Below are positions 51,079 through 61,382 of a DNA stretch of 64,000 nucleotides, one piece after another. The DNA is from Amphiscolops sp. MND2022 (lineage: Eukaryota): the NCBI GenBank assembly GCA_964187785.1, contig OZ076409.1, positions 35,652,001-35,716,000 of the forward strand, read 5' to 3'. Both the position numbers and the translations under genes were made by a program. The notes under the pieces were generated by a model. It saw only the letters and a program-made list of their open reading frames with translations. It did no database searches and had not been told where the DNA came from. Numbering within the stretch: the stretch's first letter is position 1; the number at the start of each line of letters is the position of its first letter.

Positions 51079-53361
51079 TTACAAGTGAGTGATAGGTTGT
51101 TCGATTTCGTCATAAGGGTTACTATGAGTAGTACGCTTTTGCATTTTAGAGGTTGATGGAGTGATTTGGTGGTGTAGTTTATTTACTTTTGTAACTGGTA
51201 CTACACAGTGTTTTCCACTGCCAATATTGGGGTCAGCCATGGCATCATGGAAATCATCGTCGTGAACAGTTAAAAGAGGGCGCAGTTTGATTTTCTTATT
51301 TGTGGTTTTATCATGGTGTGTGAATGAAAGAAGACGTCTTAGAGGGGCGTATCGAAAATACAAGAATGTAAATAAAATGTGAAGCGCCATTGATATGATA
51401 AAAGAAACTATGCCCATGATTATTGTTGTGCGAAAATTAGCGAGAGAATCAAATTTTTCACTATACATATTCTTCATGTGAGTCATTTTGATTGCTACTG
51501 GTTTAGCAATTTGATGGAGTGTGTCGTCATCTTTTGCGAGTGCAGGTGACACATATTGTATTTCGTCTTTGATTGATTTTAGGAGCGCAATGTTTGCTTG
51601 GCTTCTCGTTGCATACATTGGCAATTCATCAATGGATGGGAGAGCAGTGAGAACGTTTGATAGAGGAACTGGTAAATCTACATTCATGATGGTTGCAGGG
51701 ATCTTCGAACAGCTCTGCAAATCATAACGAATCCTGATGTTGGGACCCGAAATCTGCTTTCCACAAGCAAGCGTGACGACGCATATTCGGCATCCAGGGA
51801 AGCTTGAAGATCCAACTGGGGTTGAGGAATTCATATACGATTCTGTTAAAGTATAGTCAGCGGAAGCGGCGGTTATTAGCCAAATGCCATATCTGAGGCT
51901 AACAGCACGTTCCTTGATGGGCAAGGTCACAGGTTTCACGTCGCATACCTTCATGGCTTGCACTAAGTTCCCAAAGAAGAGGAGACTGAGACAGGAGGAT
52001 TGGACTCCTTCTGTCGCAAGACCCTCGTGACAGATGCTATAACGCGAGGAACCAATACACATGTCCAATTGATTCCTGGAGATAAGGGCTGTTTCTCGAC
52101 CATCTTCCGATACAGCCAGGTACTCAGATTCAATCTCCCATTGAATCGCTTCAACATCATCCACCTGGGGCATGGGAAGTGGGAGAGCCTGGTAGGTGGT
52201 CATAACAGTCCTTCGGGAGGCCAGAGGTATGGACATTGTCAGCATTAATCCATGTGGCAGAGTCAAGACATCTTGCAGTAATTGAGCTTCGTAATAGGAG
52301 AGTAACTCCTGAATTGGAATGGCAAGAGTCAGACGGTCCAAAGCACGGATTTGTTGAATGGCAACTTTATTTAGAACAATTTCGAGAGACTCCTTGCTTA
52401 AAAGTGACATAGGGACGTACTTGCTGAGAAGAGCTGGAATACTATTCAGCAAGTTTATTCTGTATGCAAAAAGAGCAGCTCGGTAGCTCTTAATGTTCGA
52501 ATAAAACAATGAAAGCAAAGAAGAAACCGTATCGAAGTTGAAGTTGATCTGCTGTCTGGAGTACAGCATCTGATCGCAGTTTCTCATGAGGTGCATGTCC
52601 TGTTTGAAGGTATCCATTTGGGTTGCCATTACTTCCCAGTTTGCATTCTGTATAGATCGCATTTGTTCCTGAAGATCATGCAGTTTGTGTAGCTCTTTAC
52701 TGACGATATAGAACTTGTCATTCGTTTCTTCATTAAGTTCTTGAACACTGTCAGACAATGAAGAAGCTACGTCAAACAAGCGGTTAATGTTTGCAGCATT
52801 TTTGTCAGATTGACAGCTACCAAAGATTCCACTAAGCCCGCAACTGCCTGGACCCATTGTTATTCCAGCACCGAAAAGTCCAATTGCACCCAGTGCGGCG
52901 GCAGCAGCTGGTACAGCTCTCTTGGTGCGGTCAGCAGAATTGGGAGAAATGGGCTTCAAGAATGAGGCAGTTTCCTGTTGCATGGATTGGAGCTCGGCAG
53001 TGGCAGCATCTATCTCGTTCTGTACTTCCTTCCTTAGCCAGTCAACATTGAACCCTTCCATGGACAGATTTGTAAATTTCAAGTTGCAGTTATACGATGG
53101 CATTTTCCAAAGAGTTTCCAAAACAGATGTTAAATGAGTTAATTCCTTTTGAATTTGTACATCGAATTGAGGAAATGGCAATAGAAACTGGATATTCACA
53201 AATTTTTCGGCTAACAAGATCTTCTTGTCTTCATGAAAGATTATCCCTTTTTTAAGGGGGCCATCAGAGGTGTCATATGGTAATACCGGAGATTGTAGGT
53301 GTACCAATGACATAAGGGAAAGAAAAACAAGAAGTTTAAAGGTGATGAGGCGAAAGTCCAT
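51079..53361 (-). CDS. env: Envelope glycoprotein, class I fusion protein-like (760 aa)
   Basis: Signal peptide; furin site RTKR then A/G-rich hydrophobic fusion peptide AVPAAAAALGAIGLFGAGITMG; heptad repeats; Cys-rich region; TM IIMGIVSFIISMALHILFTFLYF; cytoplasmic tail. Confidence 0.9.
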   Translation of the reverse strand: MDFRLITFKLLVFLSLMSLVHLQSPVLPYDTSDGPLKKGIIFHEDKKILLAEKFVNIQFLLPFPQFDVQIQKELTHLTSVLETLWKMPSYNCNLKFTNLSMEGFNVDWLRKEVQNEIDAATAELQSMQQETASFLKPISPNSADRTKRAVPAAAAALGAIGLFGAGITMGPGSCGLSGIFGSCQSDKNAANINRLFDVASSLSDSVQELNEETNDKFYIVSKELHKLHDLQEQMRSIQNANWEVMATQMDTFKQDMHLMRNCDQMLYSRQQINFNFDTVSSLLSLFYSNIKSYRAALFAYRINLLNSIPALLSKYVPMSLLSKESLEIVLNKVAIQQIRALDRLTLAIPIQELLSYYEAQLLQDVLTLPHGLMLTMSIPLASRRTVMTTYQALPLPMPQVDDVEAIQWEIESEYLAVSEDGRETALISRNQLDMCIGSSRYSICHEGLATEGVQSSCLSLLFFGNLVQAMKVCDVKPVTLPIKERAVSLRYGIWLITAASADYTLTESYMNSSTPVGSSSFPGCRICVVTLACGKQISGPNIRIRYDLQSCSKIPATIMNVDLPVPLSNVLTALPSIDELPMYATRSQANIALLKSIKDEIQYVSPALAKDDDTLHQIAKPVAIKMTHMKNMYSEKFDSLANFRTTIIMGIVSFIISMALHILFTFLYFRYAPLRRLLSFTHHDKTTNKKIKLRPLLTVHDDDFHDAMADPNIGSGKHCVVPVTKVNKLHHQITPSTSKMQKRTTHSNPYDEIEQPITHL

Positions 53362-53796
53362 GGTGGTGTGATCGGGTGATCAACTAAATTTGGTTCTTTT
53401 GTACAAATTTGGAACTTTTGGTGATTTCTTGAATAAAGTTTAACTTTCAAAGATACTTGTTTCTAGATCGGTTCGCAAAGAAGTGAGGCGTGGTAATGTT
53501 TACATCCGGAGATGAGGAAGTTCGGTCATTTCAATATTTGAACCAAACATTTGTTCATTTGCGATTATATCGAGTAGTTTGTTTCAACTCTTGAAGTTCC
53601 TGCTTTCTTTTAAACAGTCTGTTTATTTGTTTGAGTCTTCTACTTTAGTTTCACAAGTGAGTACACATGTTTGAGTAGTTTTCGAGTTTTTCAGAGTCTG
53701 TGTGTTGTCTTAGGACAAATTTGAATCTAATCTAAAAAGTCAAGTTGTCTAAGCTAAAATCTACAGTCGAAGTCTTCTAAAGTCTACAGTCAAAAG

Positions 53797-54048
53797 ATGT
53801 GTGACATCGTGTCGTTTCTCAAGTTTGTCCTTTTGTGTTGTCCTGAAGGGACTTACGTTAAAGAAGGAGATCGGATGATCTCGTTTAAAAGAGAAAGGGA
53901 CAGCAGGTGCCCTCCTCTTATTATTCAGTCAGAGTCAAAAGTTGACACGGAGTCAGTTCTGTTGGTCTTCGTCATCATAGGGATGATCAGTCTCTTGCTA
54001 ATGTATTATATGTACAAAGTGTATAAAGCTTTCGGACGTCAACGTTAG
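53797..54048 (+). CDS. Putative 83-aa single-pass membrane protein, antisense within the retroelement
   Basis: Hydrophobic run VLLVFVIIGMISLLLMYYMY followed by basic KVYKAFGRQR; no recognised homology. Confidence 0.45.
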   Translation: MCDIVSFLKFVLLCCPEGTYVKEGDRMISFKRERDSRCPPLIIQSESKVDTESVLLVFVIIGMISLLLMYYMYKVYKAFGRQR

Positions 54049-54342
54049 TGTACAGTTAGAGAGTCGAGTCAGATGTCAGTCAGTTAAAAACTAAACTAAT
54101 TCTAAACTATAGATGTATCTAGTGTATAACTGTAGTTAGTTGTATTTTTATAGTTTTATACAGTTTTGTAGAGTTTTGTATAGTCAGTTTTTGTATATAA
54201 GTGTAGAGTTGTATAATCGAGTTTGTATATAGTCGCGAAATTCAGTATTTCGTGAAGAAAGAGTTTTCTATAGGATCTAATAGTTATAGTGAAGTTTTTG
54301 GCTTGATTTTCGTCAGTGTTGCTCATTTAGGAATTGTAAATC

Positions 54343-55728
54343 ATGGATATGTATCTGCGGGAAGCTATTATGAAATATCTTGAGACTCAAGAAGTCAACG
54401 ATGTTGTCTTGGCAACCGCAGAGAAAATGAAGAATTTTCGTCGGTTCTGTGATACCCTTATCTTGAAAGACAACAAATTGCTGTGCAAGGGAAGGTCTGG
54501 TGAAGAACCGAAGGTGATCCCTACCCCTCAACAAGTGGACGAATGTCTATTTGAACATCATGTGGGGCATCTGGGTAACCACCTAACGGACAGACAAACC
54601 CTTGTGAAGGCATTGTCTAATGCAGGTTATGGGTATCCGGTCCGATTTGGGGGGCTCGCAGCTCTTGTGGACGAGTGAGTAAAAACGCGAATTTTGCACA
54701 ATGTTGGACAACAGGCAAGTAGAAATGGCATGATCATTTACAGGTTTCTCCGGAATTGTCAAACCTGTTTCTTTTCCGGGGTCGCAAGACCAAGGGAAAG
54801 AATGTTTCCTGTGTCAGTGGCTAGGCGAATTGAGCTTTGTGCGAAATTCAACTATACCTGTCAATGGGAAGAGGTTGGATCCTCTAGGACAGGCGAGACA
54901 ACGATGGAGTTAGACAGTCCACGGAAGAAAGAGCCTATCGGAAAACTAGCGGAAGTCGGAGGGGAGTGTTTCTTCTCCTCCATTTATTACCTACTAGTCG
55001 GGCGAAAGTCTGGTAAGAGAATATCACATAGTTGGAAAAAAAACTAAGATTTTTTTTGTTTTTTTTTTTGTTAAAAAGTGAAAGCGACTAATATGAATGT
55101 GTGTGCAGATCGACATAGCACTAACGAGACCAAGAAGTGTCGTGCTATTCGGATAGCGGCCATGGAAGTAGCGAAAGACGCCGCGTTCAAGAAGTTCTGC
55201 AAAGAAACTCTTGGAACGGCAATTAGCGACTTCATGGCTCAGGAATGTGCCAAAGCGACAGTAGCCGTCACTGAGCACGGGGTTAGGAAAAATATGGTCA
55301 GAATGAAAAGTAGTAGAGTACATAGAGGCGAAATGTGTAAAAAATGCAACATTTTCGCAGATGCTGGCCACAGCAACACTCCTGCAGACTGACATTGCAG
55401 TATACTGGCAGTATCAGAATGGAGGGGGCTGGGTCAGATACCGTTATGGAGAGGAGTCAAAGGGCCGAACTGGGGTATTCCTGCTTCAGTGCATTCAGGG
55501 CGGTCGAGGCCACTATGGTGCATTCCATTGTGAACCCCTATGGGACTATCCTGAAGCTTAGTGAGTGAAATCACAAAAAACGAAAAAAGCAGAAATTGGT
55601 TGTTCGGGGAACATTGTGTATTTTTTCGCAGTGTAATGCCTTTAAAACGACATCGGGGGCTCACGCAGGAACCCTGGGACAGCGACGAAGCTGAGGGAGC
55701 GGTGGGAGGGAGTTCCACGGCTATTTGA
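54343..55728 (+). CDS. Antisense 5-exon gene, join(54343-54674,54744-55012,55109-55281,55361-55560,55632-55728), 356 aa: integrase/Ginger-like H2C2 zinc-binding domain plus OTU-like cysteine protease domain
   Basis: Four short GT-AG introns (69, 96, 79, 71 nt) all restore frame; splicing joins HH.GHLG.H... to FLRNCQTC and builds GGECFFSSIYYLLVG...IR...TEHGMLATATLLQTDIAVY...W...GHYGAFHCEPL. Confidence 0.8.
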
Positions 55729-56331
55729 CGACAAAAAATGTAAGTTAAAATCATCCAAAAATTTGAAAAGCATGTATAAGGTCAGTTTTTTGACGGAAAA
55801 ATCAATGAAAATAAGATAAAATTGTACCAAATATAGGGTTATAGGGTACCATTAGACGCGTATTGAAGAGAAAAATCCAATGGGGCCATTTGCAAGGGTC
55901 TACGACCAACCAGTGTGGAGAAATAGGCAAAAAACTGAAATTTTCCAAGTTTGGGTCAAAAATGGGACGTAAGACAAGAATTTAAAAATTTTTGTCTCCA
56001 ATTTTCGATTTTTATGGCTTAATCGGTCTATGGGGTCAAAATATGTCGATTGGGCAAAAACCAGAGGTATCCAAAGTGATTTGGTGAAGTTAGAGACCAA
56101 AATGTGCGGCTAATCTGAGGTATTTTTCGTAAGCAAATTTTTGATCAAATTTTCACTATGGAAAAGTACGGGGGGTCGGAAGGACGGTAGGAATGGATTC
56201 TCCTGGGGCTAACAAAGATAACGGTACCAAAATTATGCGGCTCCGATAAATATTTGTGGAGAAAACTTGAAAAAATGACGAAAAATGTCACTTTTTTGGT
56301 CAAAACTGGTCGATTTTTGGGATTTTGTGGA

Positions 56332-59300
56332 CTATTTCCACGGGGGATTGTGAAAAAATGAGGTTTTTTTCGGTTTTTGGCGTAATCTGGTATCACGCTG
56401 AGGCGATTGTGAGGATTGTTGAGTCGTACGATCATATATCGATGGTATGATTACATCTGGATAGCGTTCTTGAAGTGTTAATTCAGCATTTGGGGTTTGG
56501 GCTGAGGAGTCACAAAGTGAGCTTCTAGGCGGCGGAGGGGGGTAAAATGGTGATTGGGCCTCAAATTGAGGGTGGCTAGGATGAAGTGGAGTGCTAGAAG
56601 CCATGTGGGAGGTCTGAGTCAAAATGCGAGGTCTAGTTGACATAGTACGTGATATAGGGGAAATCGGTCTTGGTATTCTAGATTGGAAAGAAGGTGGTGG
56701 TGACACCATAGTCGGTAAAGGGGCACTCGGAAGGGTGCTCGGGTGGGTATAGGTTACAGTGGTGTGTGTTGAACCACCTTGAGGGTTATAAGAAGGTCTA
56801 TTGAGACAACGATCCGCTCGGGACAAAGTTTGACTATCGAAACCCAAAAATGTTGAATTTGATGAATTTATGTCTGATGAAGAATATATACGGGAAGGTG
56901 TTCGAGATCTAGTCAAAATGCTAGAGGAAGGGTCACACAGCGGTGGAGTTGCATGTGAAACCACAAAAGCATCAGAATTGTCAGTAGACGACGAATACTG
57001 AGCATTATCATCACTAGAACTGGTGTCTAAAGCGACATCATCTAGTGTGAAATTGTGGTTTACTGGGAGTTCATTAAGATCATCCTGTGGCGGTGCCTGG
57101 TTCAAAGGCGGAGCCATGGGAGGCTGGGGTGCCAAAGGAGGCGCGGGAGGTGCAGCTGGGGGTGCTACACGACGCGGAGTGTAATAAAATAAAACACTCG
57201 GAGCATCAGTAATTTCGTCTGTAGGTGTAAACGACTTGTCAGTTAAAAGATCAGGTAATGTACTGTCAAAAAGGGACGGTTCCGACGTGTGTCTAGTGGA
57301 CGGATCCGGAACGAAGTTATTTTGATGGATTTGGGCTAAACCTTCAATCTGATACTGAGGGTTAACGGGTCCAAGTCGGATACGGTGTACACATTGTGTG
57401 TAGTTCGTACCAACTTTTCGGACAATATAGTTTGAGTTTGTCAAAACTTGTTCTACTCGGTATAGAGGAAGCCATTTGGCTAAAGATTTTCCCATATGGT
57501 CGTTAACATTGGATAATTTGGGATTTAAAAGTAGACAGTAACGGTGTTTTGTCAAAGGGGCGGCGTTCGCTTTTCTATCGTAGAAGTGTCTATATTTGTT
57601 ATATGCGGTGATAGTGGCATCACGCGCAGCAGAGAACACTTCATTCATCCGATCTTGCATCGAACTAGTGAATTCGTATCTGGTTTCAAGGTTCTGGAGC
57701 GTTCGTAAATTAAAACGGACATCTAGCGGTTTTACCGGTTCACGGCCATGGAAAAGATAAGTTGGAGTACAACCTATTGATACATGGTATGACGTATTGT
57801 GAACAAAAGTCGCTAAGTCGACATACGTGTGCCAGTCCTTTTTGATTTTGTTTTCATAAATTCCAAGATACTGCTTGAGAGACGCATGAGTGCGCTCGAC
57901 GGAGCCAACTGTTTGTGGATGTTTTACAGTGGCGTATTGCATTGTTATTTCAAGAAGTTTTGACAATTCAGTCATTACTTTAGCAGTAAAAGCAGTTCCC
58001 ATGTCAGAGAGTACAGTTTTGGGTATGTATGATGTTCGCATAAAAAGGTGAAAAAGCTGTTTGGCAACATTTGGGGCACTTGCATTTCGTAGAGGTATCG
58101 CAAAAAGATATTTTGAAAAAACATCCTTAGCAGTCAAAATATGAGTAAAGCCACCTGAATCTGGCAATTTCCCAACAATATCGACTTGAAGCAAGTCTCC
58201 TGGGAAATGCTGGTCCACAGCTAGGGACAGAAGCGGAGGCTTCAATGTGGCATGTTTGACTGGTTTGACTTGCAAACACGAAGAGCAGTTCTTGATATAG
58301 TTTGTCAAAAATTCTACAAAATTCGGAAAATAAAATTTTTGTCTAAAAATCTGAGCGGTTTTTGTGATACCGACGTGTCCTGCTGTTTTACTGTTGTGAA
58401 CACGGTACAGAAGTTCTGTACGTAAATGAGCAGGGACAACATATTGGCGGGTGATTGTATTTCCAGTATCATTAAAAAACTTTCGGTATAACACACCTTG
58501 GTAATTTTCCAATCGATTAAAATGTTTAAGGTATTTACGTAGTTCTGAACTCATGTATGGAGATGGGTCTGGAGGATGGGTTTCCATCCAATGTAACACT
58601 AGCTTGATGTTAGCATCTTTTTGTTGTTCCTCTCGGAGATTTAAAGAAGTCATCTTGTCAGTTAAATCAAATTCATCAAGAGGATTGGGAGCATGCAAAG
58701 CGTTCAGTGATTCAAAGGCTTTTGAGCAAGTGTTTCCAATTTTAAACGGCATGCAATCGTAGCGGATTGCGTTCACTGATTTATCTGGTACTTGCATTCC
58801 CATTTTTAGTGTTACATTTTTGACAGGTATTTGAGAATTAAAGCGGAGTTCAAGCTTTGTATGGGGGTGGACATGAATCCTAGACAAGTAATCCGCGGCA
58901 GCATTGGCTTTGCCCGGAATATGTCCAAGGACAAAATTAAAATTCAACACGTGGTCCACACAGGTCCAAAGACTAGATGGTATGGTCTTAGCTTGAAAGA
59001 AGCGTGTTAAACTACGGTTATCAGTTAAGACTAGTACTGGTTTAGTGCTACCCCACAAAATGTGTGCAAAAGTGTCAAAAGCAAAATGCACGGCCAAAAA
59101 TTCTTTAGCGTAGATAGACAGTTTCAGGTACGTAGGCGTGAAAATTTTCGATCCAAAAGAAACGGGGACGTAAGTTTTATAAGTTTTACCTGATTGGTCA
59201 GTAATGTAATCTTCTATCATTAGTACATAACCGGCAGCATAGAAACTTGCATCGGTTAGGATTACATACTGTGCGTTAGCTTTCGGTAATCTGAGAGATA

Positions 59301-61382
59301 AGGTACAAGCTTGTTCAAGATCTTTTCGCAAGGTTTCAATTTGTTTATGGTGTTCGTCTGTAAGAACAGTTTCGTTTTCTTGGCGTAAAAGTTTGTAAAA
59401 AGGTAGAAGTTTTTCTCCTAACTTAGGTATGAAAGCTCGAAAATATTGGAAAAACCCAATAAATCGGCGAATTGGTTTAGGCGTTTTCGGAACTTTGAGC
59501 GTAGACAAAAAGTCGGTTACTTTTTTCTTGTCTGGTTGCATACCTTCGTTGGTGATTGTGTTACCTAGAAAGGTCATTTCTTTCAATCCAAATTCACATT
59601 TACTTGGAGTAAACTTCAAACCTGCCTTCTCTATGCAAACAAAAATTGCTTTCAAGTTGTTAATGAATTCGTCAAAGGTGTTAGCAGCGGTGCCTAAGTC
59701 ATCTACGTATTGAAAGCATTGGTCTGCTACAATACAAGGGTAGAGATATTTACGCATAAAAGAGCTAAAAGCACTAACTGAGCGACTAAGTCCTTGTGCT
59801 AAGCGTAAATAGGCAAAAGTACGCGACAAAAAGTTAAAAGAGAGAAGCTGCACTGACAGAGGATCTGCCATTTGCAGTACGTGATATGCTTGGCTACAGT
59901 CAAGCTTTGCAAAGAATTTCTTTCCTGCTAAGTGTGCGCTTACGTCTGCTAACGTTGCAATCGGAAAATTATGGTTATCATAGTCATGTCGAATAAGGTG
60001 ATTTATTCGACGAAGATCTACCAAAAGACGGAGTTTACCAGAAGGTTTTCGAACTGCAAAGATGGGGCTAGAGTATTTCGAATACTTCAGTGTGGTTATC
60101 ACACCCCAATACTGTAACAAGGCTAGTTCTACTAACACTTCATCACGGTAATGAATCGGTGTAGGCGGTCCTTGAGTGTACATAGGTTCATCGTGTTCTG
60201 GCGTTAGTTTAACTTTGAAATCATCGTTTTTTCCAATGTCTAACCTATGTCTAGCAAAAATGTGGTGGTAGTCTAAGAGAAGGTTTTCTACTGTACGTCT
60301 TTGTTCACTATTAAACACGGAATTTTTCCACGGAAATTGAGCTAAGAATTTCTGTTTGTCTAAGGCGTTTGAGATAGGATCTAGTTTCTCTTCTTTTTTC
60401 AGTTGAACAATTTCATCGTAAATGCGTTTTTCAATTCCAGTCAATGTTTCTGGATTAGAACAATTTTCGGGAGTTGGAAACCAAAGCTCATCTGTCGACG
60501 GTGAAACTTTGATCTCCGAATCCTGAATAAGCGCATTAATGTTCTGGTTAAAGTAATTCGACAAAAGTTGTGGGTTTATAGGCTGTAGGTATTCGGCTTG
60601 TTTCGGTGTTAGTATCGTGATTCGTGCAATAACAGAATTTTTCTGAACGGTAACTTTATGAGGCAAAACATTCAAAATGGCAAGTGAAACATCTTGTTTT
60701 GCTTTAAGAGTTATGAGTGCACTAGTGACACAAAGTCCTGTTTGGTTTTCAAATTTAGCATGAGGTTCAATAATGGCTACGGTTCCATCTGGGTAGGAAC
60801 AGTTTGGAAAAGAACATTGAACTATTTCAGTAGTGTTCGGGTTTATCGATAAGGAACTGTTATTTCTCAAAAAATGGTTCTTTTTCGAAGAAACAGCATT
60901 AATTTTTCCATTTGTATGGATTTTTCGGTGAGTTGAAGAGTTAAATTGGGCAGTTTAAGAGTGCGACTCTTTGGGTGTATAGAAATGTCGTTTTTCTCAA
61001 AAAATGGAAGTCCAAGAATCGTTTGATTCATTGTCTTCAGTAGTAAGAAAGTGTCTGTAAATTTTTCGTTTGCAATGTTGAAAGTGGCTTTAAATGTGCC
61101 ATACGTAGGTACAAGTGATCCATTTGCTACTTTAATGGAGCTTGGTGTTGGATCGAAAATGGTTATACTGGTTGGGCTTTCTTTTTGAAGTTTTTTGAAA
61201 TTGTTTAGAGGCATAGCGCTACAAAATGCGCCTGTATCAATAAGAGCTTTAATAGGAAAGGTAAAGTTAATAGGTACTGAGAAAAGTGAAGTGCGAGGCT
61301 TTGAGGATAAAACATTAATAGAGGAAAAAGATGAAGGATTAGGTGAGGCAGAAAAAGAACGGGTTATGTGTGGCTTACCTAG
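56332..61382 (-). CDS. pol: Pol polyprotein (protease, dUTPase-like segment, RT, RNase H, integrase, long Pro/Ser/Thr tail); one frameshift near 60921-60925
   Basis: ALIDTGA protease in the -1 frame after gag; RT LAQG...QYVDD; RNase H TDAS...E..A...TDN...ADYLSR; H.GH...C..C, VDIVG, SDMG, GSVER integrase; 1512-aa uninterrupted ORF 56332-60870. Confidence 0.95.

Noticed and set aside
54343..55561. Four separate small ORFs (111, 117, 104, 66 aa)
   Set aside because: Better explained as exons of one spliced gene; canonical splice sites join them in frame
53400..56330. Terminal inverted repeats marking the antisense cassette as a separate DNA transposon
   Set aside because: No matching TIR pair or TSD found by eye; not excluded without alignment to other copies
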